Shown here: piece after piece, positions 23,997 to 37,514 of the stretch
Layout: every line of letters begins with the position of its first letter
Position numbering within the stretch: position 1 is the first letter of the stretch
NCBI RefSeq assembly: GCF_964194155.1
Contig: NC_135883.1
Location: 34,286,001 to 34,350,000, forward strand
Direction of reading: 5' to 3'
Length of the DNA stretch: 64,000 nucleotides
Source of the DNA: Cetorhinus maximus
Taxonomy: Eukaryota
Notes under the pieces: generated by a model
What the model was told of the DNA's origin: nothing
The model's database searches: none
Seen by the model: only the letters and a program-made list of their open reading frames with translations
Made by a program: the position numbers and the translations under genes

Positions 23997-24118
23997 GGAT
24001 GAATGTAAAGAACAAGTTGACAAATTTCCTTGTGCCAGTTTCAAGAAGTTTGCTACTGAAGAAGATGCATGGTCTTTTGTAGGTACTGTGCCTTCAAATT
24101 CACAAGCTGCCTCAACAG
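23997..24118 (+). CDS. RNASEH1: Ribonuclease H1 exon 2
   Basis: [28 protein letters not shown] hybrid-binding domain; tcttag/gtaaag splice sites; phase-compatible. Confidence 0.97.
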
Positions 24119-26084
24119 GTAAAGAATATTTATATATTTGAACATAAAACAAAAAGTATGGCGGGCGAACCTTCAGCATAAGTAATATTAAATATTGCTG
24201 AAAAAGGTTGGAAACCTACATCAATCTTTCTTTGGATAAAGCATGGAGACTTAAATTTAAAATAACTAAAGTATGTAGAAGAGGAGAGGCTTTGAAGGGG
24301 GAAAAGTTGTAATGTAGTGAGGAACTGGGATGAATAATGAGATACTTAACTTTTCACTGTTCTGTGATCTCTATTTAACTAAGCAACGTGCGGTAACAAG
24401 GTGGAGGATGCAACTGAGGAAGTGGGGAGCAATACATGATTTTTAACATTGCTTTAAATTCGAGGACAGTCAGTTAGCTGATGTGATTTGTTTTTGTAAG
24501 AAATATTTTGGCATTCTGCTAAAGATTCTGAATGTCGTAGACATGATTCTGTTTTGCAGTGACAGTAAACCCAATTTTCTATGTGCCACACCACTTAACT
24601 TCATAGCAGATTTTTTTAAAAAACACATTCTGCTTATATTCTGCATCAAGCATGGTAAGATTTCAGCAGGAAACTTTCAGATAAATGTATAATTTCACTG
24701 CAATTGGAATTCTGTTTGAAACTACCTGTTAAAGGAATTTTGCCTCCTAGTTTATATAAGGACACTAGGGATTGGTGTTCTAAATTTTTTTAAACCTCAA
24801 TGGTGCCACTTTCTTAATATTATGCTCCCCATGGAGACTGACAACTTTTTAAGACTTGGATTTCCAAAACGATCCAACGGAACAAACTGAAGGATATTTC
24901 TCTTTTTAAAACTTTTTCTGTAACTAATAAACTAAAAGCAACGTAATTCAAATATTAATTAACAGGCAAATAGTACATCTTAAAAAAAAAAGCAAATTTC
25001 ATGTCAAGCCACACCTCGGGCATGCATGTAATATTAAAGAGCAATTTCAAAGCTCCTCCCAGCTCTCCAGCTGAGCTGAGTCGCTCCTTGCCACATGGAG
25101 TTGGATCTTCCAGTGCCTGCTGCGCTCCAACTAAATTGTCCTGTAAGGCAAGCTTCACTTAACTCTTTTTCCTAAGGTCATGACAGTCCTGATGGCACTG
25201 GTTCCCAGAGAATCCTTTATCCGATCCCTTTAATAAACTCTGTCAGATGGTCTAATCAACTCTTCTAAAGCTAAGACAGTAGCCGTGGAACTTTTCATTC
25301 AAAACCCTATTCTAACCTGGTTTCCAACCCTGTTTCCAACTTATCTGTTCTCCTTTCCCTGAATCCTCGAGCTCCATCTCTTCCCTTTCATTTGAACAGA
25401 AGCTGAACCCTCAAAAGTATTCTGCTTGGCCTTTACACAAGCATTTTGCCCTGCTCCTCAGATTCTGTTCTATGAGCTGTCTTTTCTCTGTACTGACAGG
25501 CTGTAACTTCATCACCAATTACTTGTCTGTTGAACTCTTTTTCAGTTCTCATCCTCATGACAACCTGAGATCACATGGGCATTTTTCCAAACTTAGATGT
25601 TTGTTATAAATTTCAATTACACCCTTTCCAGAATTCTCTCACTTTGGATTTAAAGGGACACTTTAAAACATAAGCATATTGCAAAGTTCAGTGTGTCATG
25701 ACAAATGCACATATTGGAAATCCTGTAGCGAGCAGCCCAAAACTTATTAAATTCCCTTTAGCTGCCTTCTCTGCAGTAGCAAGCTAGAAATTGGCCTATT
25801 AGCATTTGTGTATATAAATGCAAAAACGGATTAAAGAAAAAAATGTTATTTGGCATAACAAATTACCATTGGCAAGAAAAGTTTCCAACCCTATATTGCT
25901 GGGGTGCACTGGAATGAGTGTTACTTTTGGAATCCTACCCCAACCAAAATGGTGCATTTGGGAGAGAATAGAAAAGAAATTCTTCCCAGTGGACAACACC
26001 GAAATGGTCTCTGATCCTTCCTTCAAATAGTCATGTTTCACCAAAATACGTAGTTGGGTATTTTTTTGGTAGGTTGTAATAAAA

Positions 26085-27500
26085 TATACCGTAGGCCATT
26101 TAGCTCCTTGAGCCTATTCTGCCATTCAGTGATATCATGGTTGATCTGGGGTCTAACTTCATGTACATTCCTCTACCCATAATCCCTTACAATTTTGGTT
26201 AACCAAAGTTTATCAAGCTCAGATTTAAAATTAACGATTGACCTAGCATCAAATGCCATTTGCAAAAGAGAGTTTCAGACTTCTGTCACCCATTATGTGA
26301 AGAGGTGTTTCCTGACTTCACTCTAGAATGAATTTATTATTTTTAGGCTATGTCCTCTAGTCCTAGACTCTCCAACCAGCACAAATAATTTCTATCTTAT
26401 CCTATCTGTTCCCATATTATTTTAAAATTTCAATTAAATCACTCCTTAACCTTCTAAATTCCAGGGAATATAACCCTAATTTGTATAATTTTTCCTTGTA
26501 AATTAACCCTTGGAGTGCAAATATCATGCTGACCACTCAATGCTGCCATCCTTCCAAGGCCAATATGTCCTTCCTAAGATGTGGCACCCAAAAATGAACA
26601 CAGTACTTCAGTTATGAGCTAACCAAAGCTTTGCATAGCTGTAGCATAATTCGTAACCCCATTACATTTACCACTTTTTAGATATAAAGCCCGTTAGCCT
26701 TTAAATATTTTCTGTACCTGTCCAGGACATTTTAATGACTTATGTACATGGACCCCATAGTCTCTGGACCGCCACTGTTTTCCAGTTTTTGACCATTTGG
26801 AAAGTATCCTGATCTTTCCTTTTTATGTCTAAAATGAATGACCTCACATTTGTCAACATTGGCAAAACTGTGGCAAATGGATTTCAATCTATCAATATGC
26901 CTTTGTAATTTTATGCTTCAACCTGCACTCCCTCTCTTTGTGGCATCAGCAGCTTTGGATATGTGGCTCTCTATTCTATTATCTAAGTTGTTAAAAATTA
27001 TAGGGAATACTTGAAGCCCCATTACAGATCCCTGTGGAATACCACTAGTCACATCCTGCCAATCTGTAACTCCCCATTATCCTCCTCTCTATCTTCTATT
27101 ACTCAGCTAACTTCCGAACCAGGTCAATAATTTCCCCTCGACTCCGAGTTTCAACTTTAGCTAACAGTCTCTTATGAGGGATTTTATCAAATGCTTTTTG
27201 GAAATCCATGTAAGTAACATTCAGTCATTCACTACTGTAGCCACCTCTTCAGAAACAAAAAATATCAGGTTAGTCAAGTCGCACCACAAAACCTGTTGAT
27301 TCTCTTTGATGAGCTGAAGGTTTTGAGGAGTTCAGTCACTCTATCCTTAGTTATAGGCAGTCATAATTTCCTGACCACAGATGTCGTGCTAATGGATCTA
27401 TAGTTCCCTGATTTCCCCTCTTGATGTTTATTAAATAGATGAGTGACATACAATTTCCAATCTCATGGAACACTTTCTGAACTGAGGGAGCTTTGGAAAA
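26085..27500 (-). mobile_element. Decayed CR1 LINE RT/3' region
   Basis: Reverse-complement CR1 motifs such as tcaaatgctttttggaaatccat (MDFQKAFD) and the CR1 3' tail at the left end. Confidence 0.75.
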
Positions 27501-28874
27501 TTGTAGGCTAAATTGCAAAAGAACTTAAAACTATTTCACACATCCAAGCTACCAGCACAAAATCAATTAGCTGAGATATTTGCAGTGATTTAAGTAAATA
27601 GTGACATTTATTTAATATTGAAATTTTCCAGTTGCATCACTGTCTGAAATGCATGAGCATCTATAAATGACTTGGAAAGTAGGTCTTGGAGCTTATATCC
27701 AATGCTGTTTTCTGTCGCATGCAGTAAGTAAAACACTGGTTTTCAGAGATGTTTGTTACAAACCTCAGCTGATTAAATTGATGGATCATTTGTAATAGCT
27801 TGGGCAGTGTGGTTGGTGTATAGAGATCTAATAGTTGAATTGAAAGACAACTTGAGGAGATCTTTAATAACCATAGAGAAAGGGAGGAAGACTCAGTAGA
27901 TACAGTGTGAGCACCTGTCCGAACTTCAATACTGACCCCATCAAAATATGCAAATTTTAATCAATTATTTTCATTACAATTCTATGAACTTCAATAATAG
28001 TAGAATTATTTTGTTTGGGCATGGAATTAACCCAGTTAGTATGTGCTTGAAACTCATGAAGAATGAATAACATGGTCTAGTTTTTATTTTAGATTAAAAC
28101 TACAGATTTTTAAAATCAATTATTCTCCTTTCTTCCTTCCTCCCTCCCTCGACTCTAAGGTACATTTCCATTGGTGACCTTCAATGCTTTACACAACTGA
28201 CTACTATTCACAGGGACTGCAACAGTTCAAAAAGGTGGCTCACCACCGTCTCTCAAAGAAACTTAAGGATGGGTAATAAATTCTGGCCTCAGCAGCGATG
28301 TCCACATCCCATGAACGAATGAAAGAAGAATTGAACTTTGACAATGGACAATAACAACCTGTTTAGTCATGGGGACATCAAAGCCAAGTTCAATGTCTAT
28401 ACATGCACAGAGGACAGTAGCAAATAGCAGCCAGAAATACAAACCCTACTGATTTTTTTTTTCCTTCTCCTGCCTCCCAATGCAGAGTCAGTGAGGTAAA
28501 TCTTACTTCCACTCCTATAGTTGAATTCTGCTAACTTGACCTTGGGACCACTCTGATTTGGTCCACAAAATGATTTGATGATCCAGTTCAATGTGCCTAT
28601 TTAGTGATGATAAAGTAGAAGTTAAGGAATAGCCAAATGTGCTGGACCCTGCTGACTCTTGTCAGCTTCCTCGAAAATGACAACTATCAGAGTACTTTCA
28701 TCAGATGTGATTGATTTCTGAAACTTGCAAATAGTATTTTTTTGCCATCTATTGTTACTTTCTTGAAACTTGTTTCCATTTTTCAAGCACATCATATTGC
28801 TGGAGAATCAGTCTGTAAATCTGCATATTTTAATTAAATTGCAATAGAACTAATCATTTAAAACTTTTCTTTAG

Positions 28875-29036
28875 AATGTAGTGACCAAAGCAAGTCTGCT
28901 GATAAGGAGTTGAAACCAGAGAACAGTAGTGGGGAAAAGCATTCACTGTCACCTGATGCTGATGACAAGCCATGCGTAAAACATTTCAAAAGTGCAAAAT
29001 CATTCAGTGATTCAGAACAGAAGTTTACTTACATGG
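28875..29036 (+). CDS. RNASEH1: Ribonuclease H1 exon 3 (connection domain)
   Basis: Open 162-nt phase 1-1 exon ending KFTYMG (human FSYMG); ctttag/gtaggt splice sites. Confidence 0.92.
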
Positions 29037-30424
29037 GTAGGTGAAAGTATTGCCTTATTGTTCCTAATATGCAACATAAAAGGACTTAAATAAGATTCAA
29101 TATTTTAAGTTTGGATTAATTTAATGTTCTGGTTTATTGCATTAGATTATATGGGAGCCGTATTTTTAGTTGGTTTTCAGCTAAAATATGCTAAGATAAA
29201 ACACAGGGCACAAATTAATTTTCAATTTCTATTTAACCATATGGACATGGAAATTACGTACTACTTTGTTAATGCACTGATCTTTTTCCTCCTCCCCCCT
29301 CCTTGGATTCCAGTAATTAGAGCTTGTTTCAATATTTCCTGCTTAGGTTGCCAATGAATTATTTTCACCAGTGCTCCTTGCTTTCAAGTGTTAGCTGAAA
29401 AATGTGACAAACACTGAACCTTTTGCTTTACCGGTTGAATTATTTTAACCCTCAGTAATTTCCCCTTCATTGCCTGGGAAAAGAATATTCAGTCAGATGA
29501 ATTGTCTGTGAAGCAGAAGGAAGCTGGCATCGAAAATGGTTGGTGGGTTGTGAGCCGATGGAAAGATGTTAAGCGGATGCCCATTGAAGAATATTATAAA
29601 ATAAAGTAGTAAATGGCGAAGGGAGGAAAAGAATAGAAATAACCTTGTAACTTTGACTTATCTGTAGCTTTATTGTCATCTTGAGTGATTCTTAACTTTG
29701 AAGAATTTTGCATTCCTAGGTAACATACAAAGAGTTAAGTATTTTGTTTTCTTCTTACAAATGCATTTTGCATTGGTGCACAGGTGTTAACTTGTGGCTT
29801 ATTGATACAACTTGAGGATTTATTTGCAGTAATTGGACGAGCATGTTAATTGCAACAACTGCTATGGCCACTTTCAACTACATGAAATATTTATAGCTAA
29901 ATTTAATATAAATGTTCTCTATTGTGAGGCTAGTTCAACCCTCAACCATCTGGTGTTCAACACCTGTGTGGAAGTTAAATTATAGAGTGTATTAAGCACT
30001 CAAATTATAATCTGCATTAAACACACCATTGAGTGTAATCTCACTCGCCCACCAACCTTGTCCTTACTCGCCTACATTGACTTCTAGTCACCCAATACCT
30101 CAAAATTAAAATGTGTTTAAAGCTCTTCATTGCCTCAGCTCTTTTTCTCTAAACACCTCAACTCTACAGCTCTTTAGTACCATTGGTGGCTGTGCTTTCA
30201 ACCAACTGGGCCTCATGATGTGGAATTCCTGCTCAAAGCCCTTTCACCTCCTTTAAGACACTTATTACAATCCACCATTTCAGTTAAGCTTTTGGGCATC
30301 CCTCCAAGTACTTCTTTCTTTGTCTCAGCATTTTTAAATATGCTTTGAGAAGTTTTCTGTGTCAACAGTCCAATTTCAAGTTGTATGAATTCGTTGTATG
30401 TTGATCTTCCTTTCAAGAACAAGT

Positions 30425-31173
30425 TGTTACAATACCTGTTGAGACCATAACTTTGAGATTAATTTCTCAGTGACTGACCCAAAGGAACACGTGACAAGAT
30501 TTCACGTTTTAAGACTTTTACTGTAACAAATCTCAACCGTGCCTAAACATAGTAGGCAACTAATATGCTAGGCAATAGAAAAGGTACTCTCCATTAACTA
30601 AATACAATTCAAAACCCCACGCCACATTTATACATTACACCACATTCCTACCAGGGATGAATTTCTTCTCCTTGCCCATCAGGGTGATGCTTCCTTTTTT
30701 TATTTATTCATGGGATGTGGGTATCCCTGGTTAGGCCAGTATTTATTACCCATCCCTAATTGCCCTTGAGAAGCTGGTGGTGAGCTGCCTTCTTGAACCG
30801 CTGCAGTCCTTTTTTAAAAGAAAGTCCCATCACTCGATATTCTGAGCATAACCAAATAGACTGCCAAATAGCAAGGCCTTTTCCTCTGGAATAGCAGCGC
30901 CTATTTTCAGGTCTTCTCCAGATCTCTCTGACTGACTAACTCTGTACGCAGCAGGATCAGCTGCTTCCTCCTTTGCGTCCAGGTGTTAAAATTTAAACCT
31001 TACTTTCAATGGGATTCAATTGGAGTTTGCCTCCATAACAATGTCACATGGATTTGTCTCTGGGCAGATTTAGTATGAGATCACATCCCCCTCTCCAAAG
31101 TACTCAATTTTACCTTGAATTAAAGGAGACAGTTTAACGTATATCTGTCTTATAAAATCTCACATTCATAACA
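30425..31173. mobile_element. Solo LTR of the same family as 22467-23490, containing a LINE/SINE-tail insertion (about 30695-30810)
   Basis: TGTTAC...ATAACA termini; flanks aagt/aagc; shared acaagatttcacgttttaagacttttactgtaa and aaatctcacattcataaca blocks. Confidence 0.72.
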
Positions 31174-31361
31174 AAGCAGGAAACATACCAAGGGTGCAGC
31201 TGAATAATTGTGACTCCCTTGGGTTGAAATATAAACTGTTTTCAGAGTTCAGCTGTGCTTTGGCTGTAAACATTTGTTCAAGGGCTTACTCCTTTTTATA
31301 ACTGTTCCTTGGGTGTCATTGTGATGAACAAAATCCAAGTGTTTCTGCTTCTTTTGATCAG

Positions 31362-31461
31362 GAGATGCTGTTGCAGTTTATACAGATGGCTGCTGTTCAG
31401 GTAACGGGCGGAAACGAGCTCAGGCTGGAATCGGCGTGTACTGGGGACCTGGTCATTCCCT
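31362..31461 (+). CDS. RNASEH1: Ribonuclease H1 exon 4 (first catalytic Asp)
   Basis: [33 protein letters not shown]; 100 nt; gatcag/gtaagt splice sites. Confidence 0.98.
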
Positions 31462-32037
31462 GTAAGTAATAGAATTTACTTTCCATTTGAAAAAAGTATC
31501 AAACGGACTTCAGAAACCATCATCAATTGACATTGTAATAATTTGTAAATGAGCTTTTTTTTTAACTATGCTTGTTACTGTTTTGTTACTGTGCTTATTT
31601 TTTCCATTCTATATGTTCTCTGCCATAATCAGCCAGTTTTAAGAGTGTTTGATCTGCTAGGATAATATTTATTATATGGTTTAGCTATGATGGCCGACTT
31701 TTTAATTGTTAGACTCTGCCCCGATGCTGATACACCTTGGGGATTCCTACAACAGTGATGTTAAAACCTGATATGCACTTTCCTCCGTGTTTATCCAGCC
31801 AATGACTGCTCTCCTTCCCTTCTCCTGAAGGGAGAAAGGAGAACTACCAAAACTAGGGGTCCTCGTTCTCTCCCCACAGCACCGTCCCCCATCCCCTGCC
31901 ACTGCTAGAGCCCAGGAATCATTCAGTAAATTAAGTTCCATATTCTAACCCTACATTGATGCGAGAATGAGTTTACCGCCGCCGCCCCCCCACCCCATAC
32001 TGCAGAGGCAACCTTTGTAACTGTTGTTAAACCCCAC

Positions 32038-32787
32038 TGTTATGACCGATGCAGTTGGTAAAGCGGAGCTATTTAAAAATCCCAGAGGGAAACTTTAAAC
32101 AACTGCCATAACCCATAATTTGAAGTGTTATGTTTGAGATGCGACTCTAAATTCAAGAATTGGACCATCAGTTCTTGAGGTTTTAGATTAAACTAAATGA
32201 AACATTTTATTAATTTACACAAATGTGGCTACAAATTACTACTGTGATAACTTTCAACAAATTTCCAAACTGAACTCCATTAAGGCAACAGCAACCCATA
32301 GACTTAACCAGACACCAGGCAAAGCACCTTACAAATTCAAAATGAGGTTCTTATCACTTTGGCTGCTGTGGAGCCAGTTGGAGGCTTACAGCTGTCTTTT
32401 GATCTCTCATTGCCTCTGCCTTACACATCCGAAAACTGCTGAAGTTATACCTACCACCGCTGATTGCATTCAAATTCTCTTTGTCTCACCAGCTTCTTTG
32501 AACTTTGCCTTTTAACAATGAAACCCCTTTCATAGTACCAAATTTTATTAGTAATATAAACATATTGCTTGGTAGCTGCTAGATAGGTGTCAGTTTTCAC
32601 CCTACTTCTTGAATGCTCTATTCAAAAAATGCAAATGCATGCTATCTCTCTTACATATCAAAACTGGTACACATCAGAGCACCCAGACTAGCTGGTTTTA
32701 ATCCAATTAAGACACACCCACAGACAAAACCTCTGTTTTAAAAGAAAAATATTTTCCAATAATATATACACTAATAGCTTCATGACA
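32038..32787. mobile_element. Solo LTR, 750 bp
   Basis: TGTTATGA...TCATGACA inverted termini; 5-bp TSD CCCAC (32033-32037 and 32788-32792). Confidence 0.82.
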
Positions 32788-33319
32788 CCCACCAACCCCC
32801 ACTTCCCACTGCTGATGAACCTTATGTAACTAACTCTAATGTAATCTGTTACCTTAACTGTTTTTTTTTAAATGAGAAAAAAGACCACTGACTTGAGGAT
32901 TTTCAGTGAAATCAGCCAAATCATGAAATTCAATCCTAAAGCACATGTGGAATTTCTGAAGTGCCGTGTAATAAAAATAGAATTTGTCTTAGTCACTATA
33001 AGGTACTAACCCTGTGTAGTGGAATCAGTGGTTTCAAAGTTGCATATTTTGGGACAGACACTAATTGAGAAAGGAAGCTGAGAAGAGGAATTGACCCTTC
33101 CAGTTTCTAAGGAAACTAAGACAAACTGAGATTGGAACCCAAAACTTCTGGCTACTCTGGAACTAGTCGATACTATGTAAAGGGACAAAGTCATCAGAGC
33201 TCAGATGAGGGTCCTGGTGGTGCAAAACAGGCAGGCCTGAAGACAAAGGCTATATCAGAAGCTGGGAATATACAAGTATACAGTTTCTGCAGTTGCTTCC
33301 ATTATTTGAAGATAACATT

Positions 33320-34410
33320 GTTGCTGTCATATGCTTTCAGTTCATCTACAGAGACCATCTACTTACATACCAGAACTGACGGAAAGCTACTCAGCCTAGC
33401 CTGCCTGAGATTCAAGGCAGAGGTGTGCTAAGTCCTTATCAGAGAATTGCTCTATGCTGATGATGCCACACTAGCATACCATACTGAGGACTACTTTAAT
33501 CGGCAAATGTACAGCCTCTCTACCACTGGTAAAGAGTTTGGAAATCAGCATCAGGAAGACAAATGTCATGGTCCAGGATGTTGCCAGACTGCTATCCATC
33601 AGCATTGACAATGTGACAGTGGAAGTGGTTGTTAACTTCACACATCTAGACTCCATAATCACCAGAAATATGTCACTTGATGCTGAAATCAACATGCACA
33701 TTGCAAAAGCTGCAGCTGTTATGTCCAAGCTAAGCAATTGTGTGTGGAACAACAGCAACTTGACTGAGAACCCCAAACTGCAAGCCTGTGCCCACAGCCC
33801 CCTCTCCTACAGTAGTGAGACCTGGACAATGTACCGTGCTAGGCAAGAGTAAAGACTGAACACCTTTCCACCTTCATTGTCTCAGACATATCCTTGGCAT
33901 CTCTTGGGGGAGCAAGGACACCAATGCAGAGGTACTGGAGCATATTAATTTCATCAGCATACACTCATTGCTAAGCCAACAATGTATGCACTGATGCAGC
34001 CATCTTGAATGGGTGGCTATCAGATGGATAATGGCTGTATACCCAAAGACCTGTACAGTGAACTAGCCACTCAGTCACAACCTACTGAGTGCCCATAACT
34101 TTGCTACAAGAGCACCTGTAAGTGAGAGATGAAGATGGCAAATGAGAGACAGTCGCTTATGGCTCTGACCTCTGGAGGCTGACTGGAAGGGCATTGGAAG
34201 AGGTGAGCAAAAATGAAAAGCTTAGCTGGCTGAGAAGAGGGCCCAGAGGCCAGTGAATCGTGCACCTTCTCAGCCCACTATCTTCCTCTGCAGCAAACGT
34301 GGCAGAGATTATTATTCCAGAGTGGGTCTCCTAAATTACACCAGGTGGTGATTAACACACTTGACTACCATGGTGCAAATCATTGTCTCAAGAGATGGAA
34401 GGCTGCCAAG
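33320..34410 (+). mobile_element. RTE-clade LINE 3' fragment
   Basis: YLHTRTDGKLLSLACLR, IRELLYADDA and ISIRKTNVM...SLDAEINMHIAKAAAVMSKL motifs. Confidence 0.85.
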
Positions 34411-34805
34411 AGCTATCTTTTTGAGATGCAACATTGAGTGGGGTTCTTTTGAGAACCTCCCGGGAGCTTTTGTGGCATGGATGATGCCTTACAAATGTAA
34501 GATAGATGAGGAAAGCAGGACAAAACAACCTAAAAAGCATTATCCTCCCTAAAACATACCAGAGGTTTGCTGTGCTCAAAATTTAGTAAGTGTTCTTGTG
34601 TCTTCTGAATACAAAGCTAACTAATAATCTGTAAAATCTCATGTCATCCATTTCTCTTTTCCAAAGTCCTGTGATAGCTAGGTATTTTCCTGCAACCCGT
34701 GCATGCCCGCCTGTGAATGTAAGAGGTCAGGAATGTGGCACTCTTGGGGAATTTTTGTATACAGTGCTGTTTTCTACTGTTAATTTTTCTTAACTTTTTT
34801 CTCAG

Positions 34806-34860
34806 AAACCTTAGTGAAAGACTTCCAGGAAGACAGACCAACCAAAGAGCAGAAATAATT
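34806..34860 (+). CDS. RNASEH1: Ribonuclease H1 exon 5 (catalytic Glu)
   Basis: NLSERLPGRQTNQRAEII; 55 nt; ctcag/gtaagt splice sites. Confidence 0.98.
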
Positions 34861-35097
34861 GTAAGTATTTTATATGGGAAAATATATCTAAAATTTTGGC
34901 ATGTCTTATCTGTGCACGAAGAAATACACACAAGTTTTATTAAGTGATTGCATCTGTTTTGTTATTTTAATAAGAATTTATGTTGTCTAAACAATTATTG
35001 GACTACTGTCACAACTACGACATGCAATCTGGATTTGTAAGACTTGCAATGCTGTCGAGCATTGTTTGTTATGGTTATTTTTTTTCTTCATGTTTAG

Positions 35098-35182
35098 GCA
35101 GCTTGTCGTGCAATCGAGCAGGCCAAGGAACTCAATGTTGAAAAACTGGTTATTTTCACAGACAGCATGTTTACAATTAATG
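35098..35182 (+). CDS. RNASEH1: Ribonuclease H1 exon 6 (catalytic Asp)
   Basis: [29 protein letters not shown]; 85 nt; tttag/gtaagt splice sites. Confidence 0.98.
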
Positions 35183-35329
35183 GTAAGTAGTTGGAATCTA
35201 TAAAGCGATGGACAGAGCTTTATTATGTGCTACAAGTATGTATGTGGGATACATAGGGTTACCGTAAAGTCAAGCCATGAACTTTCAATTTTTTTTTTGC
35301 ATTTATAAATCTGAAAGCACTGACTTGTG

Positions 35330-35595
35330 GTCACCTCTACGTTACCTCAGCCATTCTTCATGTGTGAGTCTACGTAGAGTGTCAGCTTTCCACAGGTGAG
35401 GAACATCATGTGCTAAGCACATGAGGTGAATAGTTGGATGGTGACAGTAGGAATATGTGACATATTTTCTTTTCACTAATACAGGTGACTGAGGTTAGTT
35501 GTTCGCCTACTGTTGCCCTGATCTAAAGCAGCTACTCAGCACAGACAATGGCTCAAATGCAAGATCTGTCTGGTCTGCATACTTCTGTGCACATA
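35330..35595 (-). mobile_element. Old degenerate SINE-like repeat, family unassigned
   Basis: Minus strand cagacc...ctgtgctgagtagctg...ctcacacatgaagaatggc resembles my recollection of an ancient fish tRNA-SINE; weakly similar segments at about 18.62-18.75 and 37.05-37.17 kb. Confidence 0.35.
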
Positions 35596-36025
35596 TAGAT
35601 GCTGAGGAATACGCTGCAATTTTAAAAAATTAGCAAGGTATTGGTGCTTTGGATCTGCACCACCCTATTTTATCACAGACTACGTTTAGTTTTTGTTATT
35701 GCATGAATTTAACTTGGCTCGACAGTCCACTTACTCAGCACCACATCCACAAGATGAAATCTTCAACCCTGTCACCACTGGAGTAGTGTGGCTGCAGTAT
35801 GCACTATCTACAAGATGCACTGCAGTAAATTGCCAAGTGATCCTTGGTAGAACCTTCTAAACCAACAACTTCCACCACCTTGAAGAATAAGGATAGTAGG
35901 TACATGGTAACACCATCATCCATCTCTAAGTGGCACTCAATTCTGACTTGGACATGCATTTCTGTTCCTTCACCATTGCTGGGTCAAAATTCTAGATCTT
36001 TCTACTTAACAGCATTGCTAGGAGT

Positions 36026-36938
36026 TGTAAAGGAAATATTTTTTTCCTAATATTACTGTGGGATACTGCAAGGTTTGAATCATCAAAGGGGTTAGGCATA
36101 AGAACAGGCATTTTGAAATGGAGGTAGGTGAGCTAAGATGAGGCCCCAGTAGATACAGTATGAATGGGAATTTGCATTAGTGAATTGTTAGTTGTTTGAA
36201 TTTCATAGGGACATGACCAGATATTTTACAACTGGAAAAATCGTAGATAAATAAAGCAAAATGATTAAGTTTATTGTTCCCGAAAGTGTTGGCCATAAGG
36301 ACAATATGAAAGATTTTTATATTCTGGGAAAAGTAACTTCCAAAACAAGGTTACAACAATGGACTTAGATTAAAAGGGAGAAAACATATTTAAGGAAAGA
36401 TTGAAAGCTGTATGGTGTGAGTGGCCACGTGAGATCTTGAAAGGTGGATTGTGTGAAGACAGACTTGTGAAGAAGCAGCCTCTCGCCACCCCAGAGAAGT
36501 GTTGGCTTGTTCCAGAAAGTAAGGTTCTGTTAAAAGCTTGGGATTTCCCGTGTTGAGGGAGAAAGAAGCTATGAAATACTTCCTTTATAGCAACAGTGAA
36601 TACCTTGTAGTATTACTGAATGTTTTATAGATTTAAGAATCTATTTGGACAGTTGTCTGGAAAAGGGTGTTTATTTTCGGAGTCTAGTTAAGTAGAAACT
36701 ACTTGAGACTAAATTTTTTAAAACTGTGTAACTGTAATCTTGTGTGTTTAAGTTTTCTTTTTTGTTGATAAATGTTTTAATTTAACATATAAAATCTCCA
36801 AAGGTGGTAGTGGACTCTTCTGACTTCAGTGCACATACCTTCTTGTAATAAATACAAATTGCAAAATCATTGTGATAGCTTGGCCAAATTTCCCATTGGG
36901 ATTTGCTCAGCCTGGTAATTACCACCTGCCATACAACA
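36026..36938. mobile_element. Solo LTR, 913 bp, nested in a LINE 3' tail (about 35760-36025 and 36939-37050)
   Basis: TGTAA...CAACA termini; 4-bp TSD GAGT; removing it rejoins aacagcattgctaggagt|accttcactacatggactgg of the LINE tail. Confidence 0.82.
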
Positions 36939-37254
36939 GAGTACCTTCACTACATGGACTGGAGTCATACAAGAAAGAGACTCATCACCACCTTAGGGTG
37001 ACCAATAAGTTGCTGCAAGTGCCCACACCATGAGAACTACTTCAAAATAAAGTCAGTTTCTGCTTCTGATTACTATTTGGTGAATTCTGCCAGGAAATGC
37101 ACTTCAGTAGATCAGGCTCATGCTCTCCCCTCATGCTGTTGAATAGTGTGCTGATGCTTACTGTGTTTCCTTACATTTTTTTGATTTGCTGAAATGGTTG
37201 GAAAGCATAATGTGAGGCTGTGCACTTTAGACTGAACTTGTGTAAATGATTAGT

Positions 37255-37368
37255 TTCCAAATTGGCTACTGTTTTACCTACATCACAATTACAGCAGTAA
37301 CTACACTTCAAAGTACTTTGTTAACTGTAAAGTATTTTCAAACGTCCTGAGCTTATGAAAGGTGCCAA
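37255..37368 (+). mobile_element. DeuSINE (SacSINE1/AmnSINE1-like) 3' tail fragment
   Basis: aaattggct...ctacat...ctacacttcaaagtac...ctgtaaag...acgtcctga...gaaaggtgc aligns by eye with 56990-57090. Confidence 0.7.
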
Positions 37369-37389
37369 GAAATCCTTTTTTTCCAATAG

Positions 37390-37514
37390 GTATCACAAAG
37401 TGGATAAAATCTTGGAAGAGTAATGGCTGGAAGCTTAGTTCTGGAGGATCAGTAATCAACAAAGAGGACTTTGAAAGACTTGACAAATTGACCTCTGGTA
37501 TAAATATTGAATGG
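37390..37514 (+). CDS. RNASEH1: Ribonuclease H1 exon 7
   Basis: GITKWIKSWKSNGWKLSSGGSVINKEDFERLDKLTSGINIEW; 125 nt; caatag/gtatgc splice sites. Confidence 0.98.
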
